Below, one piece after another: positions 9,024 through 18,181 of a stretch of DNA of 64,000 nucleotides. A program made the translations under genes and the position numbers. This DNA is from an uncultured Candidatus Saccharibacteria bacterium (GTDB lineage Bacteria > Patescibacteriota > Saccharimonadia > Saccharimonadales > JAUPVS01), in NCBI GenBank assembly GCA_964627095.1, contig CAZVKH010000001.1, forward strand, positions 8,451 to 72,450, read 5' to 3'. The notes below the pieces were generated by a model. That model was not told the origin of the DNA, searched no databases, and worked only from the letters and a program-made list of their open reading frames with translations. Numbering within the stretch: the first letter of the stretch is position 1; every line of letters begins with the position of its first letter.

Positions 9024-9035
9024 TGCAAGCATGAG
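9024..9035 (-). promoter_or_regulatory. Extended -35 motif CTCATGCTTGCA (minus strand) of the promoter for the 8720..8992 gene
   Basis: A 12-mer shared with 9541..9552 and 51888..51899. -35 TTGCAT, 17 nt, -10 TAAGAT, then 7 nt to the ATG. Confidence 0.5.
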
Positions 9036-9061
9036 CGAAATATGTTTTAAGATGTCTGGGC

Positions 9062-9508
9062 TTAGTCGAGTGCTCGGGCTTGCTGGATCTGTTGCATGAG
9101 GTGACATTTGTCGCCTCCCTCCTCAAAAATTTCACACGCCACCGGGCGCTCTTCGTAAATTCCGCAGTGCTCCCAGCCGTCTTGATCGGTTTCAAGATAC
9201 TTGCAGTCATTCAGCAATACGTACCGACCAAGATTTGCCGCCAATGGTTCGGTTGGTCGCTCAGGGTCAACATAGTAAGTTTTCATACCTGTTTCGGGGT
9301 CCCATTCAAGACCACGCGGATAGGGTGCATCCGGGCGAGCCTTTGGCGATGGCAAGGGAACCGTCAGAAACTTGTTACCCGGTCGAGTCATAAGGGCGAC
9401 TTCTTGAAATGTCAGATCGAATATTTCGTTAGCCCGGCAGCAAGCCGCTTGACACTCATTGCAGTCGTCAACTGGTTCAGATGAAATTTGGATTGGAATT
9501 CTGGACAT
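9062..9508 (-). CDS. YkgJ/UPF0153-family putative Fe-S/zinc-chelating protein (CxxCxxCC)
   Basis: 148 aa, N-terminal CNECQAACC motif plus further Cys residues. Leaderless start behind a TCATGCTTGCA promoter. Confidence 0.55.
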   Translation of the reverse strand: MSRIPIQISSEPVDDCNECQAACCRANEIFDLTFQEVALMTRPGNKFLTVPLPSPKARPDAPYPRGLEWDPETGMKTYYVDPERPTEPLAANLGRYVLLNDCKYLETDQDGWEHCGIYEERPVACEIFEEGGDKCHLMQQIQQARALD

Positions 9509-9540
9509 ATTCTACGATTATTGAGCCATCTACGGTCGTT

Positions 9541-9552
9541 TGCAAGCATGAG
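9541..9552 (-). promoter_or_regulatory. Extended -35 motif CTCATGCTTGCA of the promoter for the 9062..9508 gene
   Basis: -35 TTGCAA, 17 nt, -10 AATAAT, then 8 nt to the ATG at 9508. Confidence 0.5.
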
Positions 9553-9572
9553 AGAATTGGAAGCGACTGCCT

Positions 9573-9690
9573 GGCGGCACATTTCGTCGCGGGCTCGGTG
9601 CCAGCACCTGCGCGCGCTCCTCATGAGCGCACCTTCGACTACTGTCTGCTGCGCAGCCAAGTCGAAGAACCGGCGTCTTGCTCACTGGCA
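9573..9690. other. tRNA-adjacent conserved structured element, copy C (divergent; candidate ncRNA/cis element)
   Basis: Shares GGC-GCACAT…GCTCGG-[hairpin]-CCTGCGC…TTCGA with copies A and B. The hairpin arms GGTGC/GCACC covary with GGAAT/ATTCC. It lies between the terminator of tRNA-Pro and the promoter of the YkgJ-like gene. Confidence 0.4.
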
Positions 9691-9692
9691 AA

Positions 9693-9728
9693 GAAAAAGA
9701 GCCATCCTTATGGATGACTCATTTTCTT
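9693..9728. terminator. Bidirectional rho-independent terminator (A-run, GAGCCATCC-TTAT-GGATGACTC, T-run) 3' of tRNA-Pro
   Basis: 9-bp stem with one mismatch, flanked by AAAGAAAAA and ATTTTCTTT. Confidence 0.6.
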
Positions 9729-9805
9729 TGGTCGGGGTGAAAGGACTCGAACCTTCGACCTCACGGTCCCAAACCGCGCGCGCTAGCCAACTGCGCCACA
9801 CCCCG
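9729..9805 (-). tRNA. tRNA-Pro (anticodon TGG)
   Basis: Acceptor CGGGGTG/CACCCCG, D arm GCGC-AGTTGGCTA-GCGC, anticodon stem CGCGG/CCGTG with loop TTTGGGA, T arm GAAGG-TTCGAGT-CCTTT, CCA encoded. Confidence 0.85.
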
Positions 9806-9900
9806 AGGTGTTTAACGGAGAAGATTATAACTGACTCCAGAGGAAATTGCTAGGGTTACTATAGCCTGGGACGAATAAATATGGCATAATTAACGGTAGT

Positions 9901-10059
9901 ATGAAGTATGTGTCGATTTTCTTTACAATCCTGTTGATCTGGGTGGCGGTCATCTTAATGGCAATTACCCGTAACAACTCCACGGAAATCTTCCAGCTTT
10001 TCTTGGCCGCCATTGGCTCAACGGTGGTGTTGTTCTTGATCGGTTTCTCCAGAAAGTAG
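9901..10059 (+). CDS. Unlisted small two-TM membrane protein (52 aa) immediately upstream of ubiB
   Basis: ATG…TAG ORF (MKYVSIFFTILLIWVAVILMAITRNNSTEIFQLFLAAIGSTVVLFLIGFSRK), strongly hydrophobic. It ends 4 nt before the ubiB ATG. The listed antisense ORF 9825..10079 is probably spurious. Confidence 0.35.
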   Translation: MKYVSIFFTILLIWVAVILMAITRNNSTEIFQLFLAAIGSTVVLFLIGFSRK

Positions 10060-10063
10060 TTCA

Positions 10064-11614
10064 ATGAAGCAACAATCAATTGCAGCCATTAAACGGTATC
10101 GCACCAGACGACTGGCTAGCCTGGCAACCCGCTGTTACTATCTGCATAAACGTGGTAAAGACGAACAAATGGCCACCCTGCTCTGCGACGAACTGGTTGA
10201 TTTGGGCGGTGTTTATATTAAGTTCCTTCAGGGTGTATTGTTGCGTAGTAAGTTTTTACGCAAGTGGCAGAACCCGGACCGCTTAAAAATCTTCGAAAAT
10301 CTAGAAAGTGAGCCACTCGACATCGTCGCAGTACTGCGCCACGAGCTAAAGCCGGCTCAGTTAGAACAAATAACCATGGTTCAGCCGCAACCATTTGCGG
10401 CCGGTAGTTTTGGCCAGGTCTACTATGCCCAACTACACAATGGGCAACCGGTCATTATTAAGGTGTTACGCCCAATGGTCCGTGAACTCTTACGCTATGA
10501 CCTACGCCTACTATCGACCTTTAGCAAAAGCTTCTTTACCAAACTGTACAAGAACATGAATCTACAGGTTGATGAGGCTCTGAAAGAATTCCGTGAAGCC
10601 ACCCTGCGTGAAACCGACTACAAACACGAGGCCGGTTTTGCCGATGAGATGTACCGGGCCTACAAAGACAACCCCAAGATGGTGATTCCGCAAACCTATC
10701 TTGATCTGTGTACCGACAATATCATCGTCCAAGATTTTGTACCCGGGATATCGGTTGCTCAAGTCATTAAGCTCAAGGAACAGGGAGTGGACCCAGTCGA
10801 TTACGTTAAAGAGACGCTTGGCTCTGACTTAGACCTGCAATTGAGTACCTTGGGCTACGAATCAATTATGGGCATTTTCCACTTAGAACGCATCCAAGGA
10901 GACCCCCACCCTGGCAATATCCGTTTAATGGATGATGACCGTGTTGGCTTAATTGACTTCGGCATTAGTGCCAAGGCACCACCCGAAAAGGCCGCCTTCT
11001 TTGGTATGCTGCAGGCTTATGACCGCCTATTCAAAGGCTCACAGACGGCTGTTAATTTATTCGAGCAAGGTTTGCGCTTTTTTGTTAGTGACCTATACCG
11101 GGCCCTAAAGAAACTGGCTTCTATCTACGGCAAGGGTGATGACAAAGACTACTTAAGTGAAGTCAGCGGTATTGCCGCAAAGGCCTTTGCCGAGGTTACC
11201 GGGTCGGACATTATCGAGGCTAACTTTACCCAAGACAACTCGGCAATGGCAGTAATTAACCGGCTGGTAAATAAGGGAAATCGCTTTGGGCTGGTGATGC
11301 GCTTAGATGCCAGCGATATCTTACGGGCCGTTCAGACCTATACATCATTAGTTGGTAGCTTGGGACGCTATCAGCAAGTTGTGCCGCCCATTATGGACCG
11401 CGTGGTAACTGATGTACAAAAGCTCTACCCAGAAACAATTTCTGACAGCGATGACCAAATTTCGGTTGATGACGCGATTGATATAATTATGAAGTGGCTA
11501 GAGCGCGTCGCCGAACGCGACCCAGCCCTATTCCGTCAGTTAATGAGCAAAATTAAGACGGGCGGCCAAAAGGTTGTGCCCAAAGTAAAGAAAGAAGGAC
11601 CAGCCCATGCTTAA
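10064..11614 (+). CDS. ubiB: UbiB/ABC1 (ADCK)-family atypical protein kinase
   Basis: Glycine loop FAAGSFGQVY, catalytic GDPHPGNIRL and DFG-like IDFG motifs, 516 aa. Confidence 0.8.
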   Translation: MKQQSIAAIKRYRTRRLASLATRCYYLHKRGKDEQMATLLCDELVDLGGVYIKFLQGVLLRSKFLRKWQNPDRLKIFENLESEPLDIVAVLRHELKPAQLEQITMVQPQPFAAGSFGQVYYAQLHNGQPVIIKVLRPMVRELLRYDLRLLSTFSKSFFTKLYKNMNLQVDEALKEFREATLRETDYKHEAGFADEMYRAYKDNPKMVIPQTYLDLCTDNIIVQDFVPGISVAQVIKLKEQGVDPVDYVKETLGSDLDLQLSTLGYESIMGIFHLERIQGDPHPGNIRLMDDDRVGLIDFGISAKAPPEKAAFFGMLQAYDRLFKGSQTAVNLFEQGLRFFVSDLYRALKKLASIYGKGDDKDYLSEVSGIAAKAFAEVTGSDIIEANFTQDNSAMAVINRLVNKGNRFGLVMRLDASDILRAVQTYTSLVGSLGRYQQVVPPIMDRVVTDVQKLYPETISDSDDQISVDDAIDIIMKWLERVAERDPALFRQLMSKIKTGGQKVVPKVKKEGPAHA

Positions 11615-11795
11615 GGAATTCATCCTATTCATCAAATATCCCTACACAGCCGGCGTTATTGCCACCGTCTGGCTTGGTAGCGCCGTTTTAATGGCAATTA
11701 ACCATGACTTGCCAATTGTAGCCATGGTTATCATTAATATGGCTGTCAGCGTCGTTATCGCAGCCGTTGGCTTTACCGGCAGTAAAGAAGTTTAG
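11607..11795 (+). CDS. Small two-TM membrane protein (62 aa), start overlapping the ubiB stop (ATGCTTAA)
   Basis: Good Shine-Dalgarno AAGAAGGA 9 nt upstream, hydrophobic throughout. Confidence 0.4.
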   Translation: MLKEFILFIKYPYTAGVIATVWLGSAVLMAINHDLPIVAMVIINMAVSVVIAAVGFTGSKEV

Positions 11796-12595
11796 TCCTC
11801 TATAATCTTTTGAACCGGTGCAACGCTCAATGCTAAGCCGGTACTGGCATCAACCTCGACCACTAAGCCGTTCAACTGGAACGGCCCTTTGGTTTCGAGC
11901 TCATTGCGAGTCCGCAAACCATCACGCCAGCGCGGTATGACTGATTCTAGTGCTATGCCCAGGCTGCCGTGTAAAACTCCACACATACCAACATCACTCT
12001 GGTGGGCCGTTCCCTTGGGCAGAATCATGGCATCGGCCGTTGGAACATGCCAGTGGTCACCAACTACCAAGCTGACTCGGCCGTCTAAGTAATAGCCAAT
12101 TATGACTTTTTCACTACTAAAGTCACCGTGAAAATTAATAATCGTGGCTACTTTTTTATGGTCGGCTGTTTCTTCTAATATTTGGTCGATAACTTTTAAT
12201 GGGTTGTCGCTGGGCTTGTCGGCATCTTTGCCAACAATTGTACCCAGCAAACTAACCAGTAATATGTCACCGTGAGCTGTTTTTAAAAACTTGTAGCGTT
12301 GCCCCGGTGTGCCTTCGGGGTAGTTGGCCGGACGCACGACTGGTTGCTGTGGATCACTAAGATGATCAAATATGTCGTCGTTGTATAGCGTCCAGTTGCC
12401 CCCGGTAAAGCCATCGACACCAGCATGGCGCAAGCGCTCGTAATCGGTTTTATTCAAGCCCTTACCTTCAGTAACATTTTCGGCCTGCGCTATAACTACA
12501 TCAATTGAGTGTTCATGTTTAAGGTCGGTTAGTAGTTTTTCAACGGTCTTTATACCTGGCTCACCCATAATATCGCCGAGATAGAGTATCTTCAT
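11792..12595 (-). CDS. ymdB: YmdB-family metallophosphoesterase (2',3'-cyclic-nucleotide phosphodiesterase)
   Basis: MKILYLGDIMGEPGI… N-terminus and GDHWH metallophosphoesterase motifs. Sits downstream of rny, as in Firmicutes. Confidence 0.8.
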   Translation of the reverse strand: MKILYLGDIMGEPGIKTVEKLLTDLKHEHSIDVVIAQAENVTEGKGLNKTDYERLRHAGVDGFTGGNWTLYNDDIFDHLSDPQQPVVRPANYPEGTPGQRYKFLKTAHGDILLVSLLGTIVGKDADKPSDNPLKVIDQILEETADHKKVATIINFHGDFSSEKVIIGYYLDGRVSLVVGDHWHVPTADAMILPKGTAHQSDVGMCGVLHGSLGIALESVIPRWRDGLRTRNELETKGPFQLNGLVVEVDASTGLALSVAPVQKIIED

Positions 12596-12603
12596 AACTT
12601 GTA

Positions 12604-13203
12604 TTATAGCTCTAAGCCGTTTTGCTGCTTAAGAATTTTCTTAACGTCAGAAATAACTTGCTCGGGCGAAACCGCCTGAATAACATGAATTCCCCTACGG
12701 CGGGCGGGCTTAAGAAAGCGTTCTTGGTCGTCGATAAACACCACTTCGTCGGCCTGGCAGCCAAGCCGTTTTAAAGCTAGTTCGTAGATAGCGTCATCGG
12801 GCTTGGATAGGCCTTCTTCAAAAGAAAGTATTACCGGGTCAAAGTTATCATAGTGACCACCCGCCCGTAATAAGTCGGCACTGGTTTTGTACATATTAGA
12901 CAGGATGGCAGTTTTAAGTCCGGCTTTACGGATTTTGTCGGCCAAGCTATAGACCTCGGGGTGAGCTTCTAAGATACCGGAAGCTTTTAAAAAGTCAGTC
13001 GACAATATTGTGCGGCCCTGGCGGCGACTCAACTCAGCAAAGAATTCGTCGGTACTTAATTCGCCACTCCACAAGCCTTCGCGTAAATCTTCGATACCCA
13101 AGTTATCAGGGCTAACACCCAGCATTCGGGCTAGGCTCCCCTTAAAGTTTTTACCACCCGGCGAAAGGACGCCCCCGTAGTCAAACAATACCGCCTTTAT
13201 CAT
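12604..13203 (-). CDS. HAD-superfamily hydrolase (subfamily IA)
   Basis: N-terminal motif I (FDYGGVL), motif III K and DD motifs, 199 aa. Confidence 0.7.
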   Translation of the reverse strand: MIKAVLFDYGGVLSPGGKNFKGSLARMLGVSPDNLGIEDLREGLWSGELSTDEFFAELSRRQGRTILSTDFLKASGILEAHPEVYSLADKIRKAGLKTAILSNMYKTSADLLRAGGHYDNFDPVILSFEEGLSKPDDAIYELALKRLGCQADEVVFIDDQERFLKPARRRGIHVIQAVSPEQVISDVKKILKQQNGLEL

Positions 13204-13205
13204 GG

Positions 13206-14720
13206 CTACTTAGCGAACTCGACGGCGCGGGTCTCGCGGATTACGTTAACTTTAATGGTACCAGGGTACTGCATACTAGCTTCGATCTTGGTTGCAATGT
13301 CACGGGCTAACTTAATGGCGCTTAGGTCATCGATGTCTTTAGGTCGCACAAACACACGGACTTCACGGCCGGCGCTAATGGCGTAAGATTTCTCGATACC
13401 CTTAAAGCTGTTGGCAACATTCTCGAGATCTTTCATGCGCTCCACAAAGTTCTCGGCGCTAATATTGCGGGCACCGGGTCGTGAGGCGCTGACAGCGTCA
13501 ACCACGCGCACAATCAAAGCTTCGGTAGTGGTGGCTTCAACGTCATCGTGATGCTGTTCGGCAGCCAAGGCGACTGCTTCGGGCGCACCATATTTGCGTA
13601 GCATCTCACCGCTAATGTGATGGTGCTTGCCTTCCATCTTGTGCGTCATGGCCTTGCCTAGGTCATGCACCAATGCAGCGTACTTAGTGGTCTTAACGTC
13701 AGCGTTAAGTTCTTCGGCAATAATACCGGCCATATGCGCCATCTCGGTGCTGTGCTTAAGAACATTCTGGCCGTAACTGGTACGGAATTTAAGTTCACCA
13801 AGGAGCTCCAGAATCTCGCGCGGGATACCTATTACACCAACTTCGCGAGCGGCATCTTCGCCAGCGCGCACCACGTCTTTATGAACATTCTTCTGAGCCT
13901 TCTCGACAACTTCTTCGATACGGCCAGGGTGCACCCGACCATCTTTTAGGAGCATTTCTAAGGCTTGGCGGGCAACTTCGCGACGAACCGGGTCAAAGCT
14001 ACTAAGCACAACGTAACCAGGTGTATCATCAACCATAATGTCGACGCCAGTGGCGCGCTGCAAGGCTTGGATGTTGCGACCTTCCTTACCTATAATGCGG
14101 CCTTTCATTTCTTCATCTTCTAGTTTTAAGCTAGTAATGGTTCGCTCGGCAGTTACTTCGCTGGCCATGCGTTCCATGGCTTGAGCGATAATGCTACCGG
14201 CCTGCTCTTCGGCATCAACCTGGGCTTCCTTCTGCATTTTAGAAATCAAACCGATCAGGTCACCCTTAATATCACGCTCGGTCATTTGCATCAGCTTCTC
14301 GGCCGCTTCGGTCTTGGTCAGCTTGGCAATCTTTTCGAGTTTTTCTTGTTGCTTAACGCGCACCGCTCGAATTTCGTTTTTCAGCTCTTCGGCTTCGTCC
14401 TCGGCCTTACGCAAGTTTTCGTTGCGCTTGTCGAGGGCGTCGAGTTTTTTGTCTAAGGCTTCTTCGCGGTCGAGTAGGCGTTGTTCAATTTGCTTGATTT
14501 CGCGACGGCGTGTCTGTTCATCTTTGCGCGCCTCTTCGGCCACAGCGGCAGCTTCTTCGCGTGCCTTAGCCAGTTCTTTGTTGGCCTCTTTTTTAGCTTG
14601 CGCCAGCTCTTTAGAAGCGGCTTCTTTACTTGCACCAACTCTTTTTTGCGTCACAGCAGTGCTGGCACCAAAGCCTGCGGCTAATCCAGCCACAGCCAAT
14701 ACGATGGTAATTGGATCCAT
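13206..14720 (-). CDS. rny: Ribonuclease Y
   Basis: N-terminal TM anchor, long coiled coil, KH domain (GRIIGKEGRNIQAL), HD domain (…HSTEMAHMAGIIAEE…LVHDLGK…). Confidence 0.9.
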   Translation of the reverse strand: MDPITIVLAVAGLAAGFGASTAVTQKRVGASKEAASKELAQAKKEANKELAKAREEAAAVAEEARKDEQTRRREIKQIEQRLLDREEALDKKLDALDKRNENLRKAEDEAEELKNEIRAVRVKQQEKLEKIAKLTKTEAAEKLMQMTERDIKGDLIGLISKMQKEAQVDAEEQAGSIIAQAMERMASEVTAERTITSLKLEDEEMKGRIIGKEGRNIQALQRATGVDIMVDDTPGYVVLSSFDPVRREVARQALEMLLKDGRVHPGRIEEVVEKAQKNVHKDVVRAGEDAAREVGVIGIPREILELLGELKFRTSYGQNVLKHSTEMAHMAGIIAEELNADVKTTKYAALVHDLGKAMTHKMEGKHHHISGEMLRKYGAPEAVALAAEQHHDDVEATTTEALIVRVVDAVSASRPGARNISAENFVERMKDLENVANSFKGIEKSYAISAGREVRVFVRPKDIDDLSAIKLARDIATKIEASMQYPGTIKVNVIRETRAVEFAK

Positions 14721-14912
14721 GGTTATTCCTTTCTGATATGTGTTTGCAGATCAACGCTGATAATCGTTGGCCGGCAATCACTATCACTTCTTTAGCACGG
14801 CTTCTCGAACGCGGAAATCTGAAAATTCAATTAAAAATTACTTGAGGTGCGGATTTTGTTCCCAAAACTCTTAAAATCCTAAGCCTACTATACCCCCCAG
14901 TGACGGCTTTGT

Positions 14913-15305
14913 CTATTTGCGCGGCTTGGTTATATGGATTTCGCCACCATACTCTGGTAGCGCACTTTTTTCATTCTCACCAGCGACGAGTCTAGCGACG
15001 CCGTCTTCTTGCCAGCCAGTACCACCGGCTCCCACTACGGGGATTTCTAAGCCATAGGCCAGGGCATTGCCGACACTCATGCCAATTCGTAAGCCAGTAA
15101 AGCTACCCGGTCCCTTGTAGCAAACAATGCCACCGAGGTCTTTTTGGCTCTTATTATTGGACTTAAGCAGTTCGTCGATTTTACTATGCAGCGTCTCGGC
15201 TAGTTGACGATGAGCTTCCCAGGTCAGTTCGACTTTTGTCTCACCCTCAATTAGCAGAGCAACTTCGGCCTTAGGCTGGTCGGTCTTAATGGCTAGAACA
15301 ATCAT
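14913..15305 (-). CDS. tsaB: tRNA t6A37 biosynthesis protein TsaB (YeaZ-like, short form)
   Basis: GPGSFTGLRIG motif, 130 aa, 2 nt downstream of tsaE. Confidence 0.75.
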   Translation of the reverse strand: MIVLAIKTDQPKAEVALLIEGETKVELTWEAHRQLAETLHSKIDELLKSNNKSQKDLGGIVCYKGPGSFTGLRIGMSVGNALAYGLEIPVVGAGGTGWQEDGVARLVAGENEKSALPEYGGEIHITKPRK

Positions 15306-15307
15306 AG

Positions 15308-15766
15308 CTAGCTTAACCCTTCTGTCAAATAAGATAATTCATCAGCACATTTAATCTTTAGCTCACGACCATCGTCGTCGGTTTGGGTAATAGCAACTGT
15401 CAGACGTTTTTCTGGCAGTACATGCTGAACAACATCACCCCATTCAATCACAACTACACAATTCTTGTCAGTCAACACATCGGCTAGCTCATGCTCGATC
15501 AGGCCGGCTTGGGGCAGGCGGTAAAAGTCAAAGTGGTGCATCTCCTTGGAACCACTCTTGTAAACCTTGCTAATCGTAAAGGTTGGACTAGCCACCCGGT
15601 CGGGACTACCAAATCCTCTTGCTAAACCGCGCGTAAAGGTTGTCTTGCCTCCACCCAAGTCGCTAACTAGCTCAATTACCTCACCACCACGTAGATTGCC
15701 GCCGATTATCTCGGCAATATTTTCGGTTTGGTTAGCGTCAGCCGTCTTAATAACTTTCATGCTCAT
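15308..15766 (-). CDS. tsaE: tRNA t6A37 biosynthesis ATPase TsaE (YjeE)
   Basis: Walker A SDLGGGKTTFTRGL, 152 aa. Confidence 0.8.
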   Translation of the reverse strand: MSMKVIKTADANQTENIAEIIGGNLRGGEVIELVSDLGGGKTTFTRGLARGFGSPDRVASPTFTISKVYKSGSKEMHHFDFYRLPQAGLIEHELADVLTDKNCVVVIEWGDVVQHVLPEKRLTVAITQTDDDGRELKIKCADELSYLTEGLS

Positions 15767-15823
15767 TCATGGTAGCGTGATTTACCAACCGTCGGCAAGC
15801 TTATGCGCTATAATAGGGTAACT

Positions 15824-16348
15824 ATGTTGCAGTTGAGTAAAACATTGATGGATCGTCCTGTTATGAGTCTTCGTACCGGCGGCAGGGTAGCAACGGCAAC
15901 GGCGCCTATTATTAACCCTAATAACTTGAAAATAGAAGGTTGGTACTGCCAGGATCACTTTAGCAAGAATACCCTGGTGCTTTTAAGCCAGGATGTCCGT
16001 GACATAATTGGCCAAGGTTTGGTCATTAATGACCACGAAAACTTAAGCGAAGTAGAGGATTTGGTCAGGCTAAAAGACGTGCTGGACCTAAACTTTGAAC
16101 TCCTAGGCAAGCCAGTAGTAACTGTTAATAAGAAGCGCTACGGTAAGGTCAGTGACTTTGCGGTTGAAACAGAAACCTTTTACATCCAAAAAATTTACGT
16201 TAGCCAGTCGATTATGCGTAGCCTTAACGGCGGCAACTTAGGTGTAGATAGAAGTCAGATCGTTGAAATAACGCACCACAAAATTGTTATTCAAGATCCT
16301 CTTAAGCCCGTCAAAGCTTCGACTTCAACTGCTCCGGCCGTTGGCTAA
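15824..16348 (+). CDS. Hypothetical protein, tandem PRC-barrel-like domains
   Basis: The ORF-track start at 15803 overlaps a TATAAT box. ATG at 15824 is preferred. Sequence resembles YlmC/YmxH-type PRC barrels. Confidence 0.4.
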   Translation: MLQLSKTLMDRPVMSLRTGGRVATATAPIINPNNLKIEGWYCQDHFSKNTLVLLSQDVRDIIGQGLVINDHENLSEVEDLVRLKDVLDLNFELLGKPVVTVNKKRYGKVSDFAVETETFYIQKIYVSQSIMRSLNGGNLGVDRSQIVEITHHKIVIQDPLKPVKASTSTAPAVG

Positions 16349-16953
16349 TCTTCTACCGAATCATGTAGAGCGACTTTGATATCACCATAGTTGTAGCCCT
16401 GCCTTAATAGATAAGCGATAAGTTTTTGCGGATCTTGATAACGGCTCTGACTGCGTTTCTTTTCTATTACCTCTTTTAGAGCCGATGTTTCATCTCCCTC
16501 GTCTTCGGCCAAAGCGGCTTCGATGACCTCCTTATTAACATGCTTCTGCATAAGTTCCTGGCGTAGTCGACGCAGGGAAGTGGGCTTTAACAAGCGCCGA
16601 TTAGTAATCCAAGACTGGGCAAACTTAGCATCATCAATATAATCATATTCACTTAACTTGTTAAGTATATTATCGACCGTGGGGGAGTCATATTCTTTAC
16701 GCTTTAAATAATCTCTGACCTCCCACTCACTGCGTGGTCGCCTCGCAAGGTAATCCAGCGATCTCATAAATGCCTTGTCGAGCACGGCCGTCTGTTGCAG
16801 CTCTTCTAGCTCTTGCGTGTTGTAGTCTCGCCCAATCCTAATACCGGACTTCATTAACTCGGTTTCACTTAAACTGAATGAGTATTTGTCATCAACATAT
16901 ATTGAGTACCGACTTTTACGCTTTACCTGTTGCTTGATGTCAGTAATACGCAT
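16345..16953 (-). CDS. recX: Recombination regulator RecX
   Basis: Directly downstream of recA, 202 aa, helical repeat RecX-like sequence. Confidence 0.75.
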   Translation of the reverse strand: MRITDIKQQVKRKSRYSIYVDDKYSFSLSETELMKSGIRIGRDYNTQELEELQQTAVLDKAFMRSLDYLARRPRSEWEVRDYLKRKEYDSPTVDNILNKLSEYDYIDDAKFAQSWITNRRLLKPTSLRRLRQELMQKHVNKEVIEAALAEDEGDETSALKEVIEKKRSQSRYQDPQKLIAYLLRQGYNYGDIKVALHDSVED

Positions 16954-16971
16954 TACTGCGGGTGCCTTAGT

Positions 16972-18003
16972 CTAGGCAGCCTTCTTGGCAGAGGCTTCAC
17001 GAACCTGGGCAGCTATCTTGTCTAATACTTTAGGGTTGGCTTCTAGATACTTCTTAGCAGCTTCGCGGCCTTGAGCTATTTTCTCGCCGTTATAGGCAAA
17101 CCACGCACCACTCTTTTCGACTATATTGTCTTCGACAGCCAGGTCAAGAGTATCGCCACTCACGCTGATACCTTGGTTGTACATAATGTCGAACTCAGCT
17201 TGACGGAAAGGTGGGGCAATTTTGTTTTTAACAACCTTGACGCGCACGCGCCCACCAACAATCTCTTCGCCCTGCTTAATCTGGCTGATGCGACGAATAT
17301 CCATACGAACGCTGGCGTAAAACTTGAGAGCGTTACCGCCCGTTGTTGTCTCTGGGTTGCCAAACATCACACCGATCTTCATGCGGATCTGGTTAATAAA
17401 TATGACCGTTACATTCGACTTGTTGATAACACTGGTTAGCTTACGCAGGGCCTGGCTCATTAATCGAGCCTGCAAGCCCATGTGTGAGTCACCCATGTCG
17501 CCCTCAATTTCAGCACGCGGCACAAGTGCGGCCACTGAGTCGATTACAATTAGGTCAACGGCATTACTACGCACGAGGGTTTCAACAATTTCGAGGGCTT
17601 GTTCACCACTATCTGGCTGTGAAAGCAAAAGATTAGCTGTATCGACACCGATGCGCTTGGCGTAGGCCGGATCAAGGGCATGCTCGGCATCGATGAATGC
17701 AGCCGTGCCACCAAGTTTTTGGACTTCGGCGATGGCATGCAAGGTCATGGTTGTCTTACCGCTTGACTCTGGACCATAAATTTCGACAACACGGCCTTTG
17801 GGAATACCACCACCAAGTGCTAAGTCTAACGACAGGCTACCAGAAGGGGTGCACTCCACGTGAGTAGCGTGGGCTTCACCCAACTTCATGATTGCACCTT
17901 TACCAAATTGTTTTTCGATTGTTTCGACAGCGAGGCCTAAGGCTTTGGATTTGCCTTGACTGGCTGTATTGTCGGGTTTTTCTGAATTAGCTTTAACGGC
18001 CAT
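16972..18003 (-). CDS. recA: Recombinase RecA
   Basis: Walker [11 protein letters not shown]1/L2 loop regions. ATG at 18003 is preceded by GGAGGT. The ORF-track start at 18015 includes the Shine-Dalgarno. Confidence 0.95.
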   Translation of the reverse strand: MAVKANSEKPDNTASQGKSKALGLAVETIEKQFGKGAIMKLGEAHATHVECTPSGSLSLDLALGGGIPKGRVVEIYGPESSGKTTMTLHAIAEVQKLGGTAAFIDAEHALDPAYAKRIGVDTANLLLSQPDSGEQALEIVETLVRSNAVDLIVIDSVAALVPRAEIEGDMGDSHMGLQARLMSQALRKLTSVINKSNVTVIFINQIRMKIGVMFGNPETTTGGNALKFYASVRMDIRRISQIKQGEEIVGGRVRVKVVKNKIAPPFRQAEFDIMYNQGISVSGDTLDLAVEDNIVEKSGAWFAYNGEKIAQGREAAKKYLEANPKVLDKIAAQVREASAKKAA

Positions 18004-18181
18004 GACTACCTCCACTTATGTTAGTGGGTAGTATTATAGCTTCCGCCCATGTTACTGACAATGAGTCGTATTTGCCACCTCTGTTATAAATACTAACTTT
18101 TAATTAAGAGTTAATATTACTCGTCATGCCCAACAAGCATAACGAATATGCTACAATAACGCCTAGGAATACATGTGTTGA

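Noticed and set aside
9825-10079. 84-aa minus-strand ORF
   Set aside because: It is antisense to a clean hydrophobic 52-aa ATG..TAG ORF that abuts ubiB. It has no start-site support.
14191-14736. 181-aa Ser/Ala-rich ORF on the plus strand
   Set aside because: It is antisense to rny and its low-complexity translation is typical of a shadow ORF. The same applies to 1364..1813, 2827..3063, 5381..5785, 17071..17665, 30648..30977, 32061..32819, 40314..41066, 55398..55730 and other ORFs internal to confident genes.
18016-18181. Search for a LexA/SOS box upstream of recA
   Set aside because: Only a TATAAT, a GGAGGT and a weak TTACTGACAA repeat were found. There was no convincing palindromic operator.
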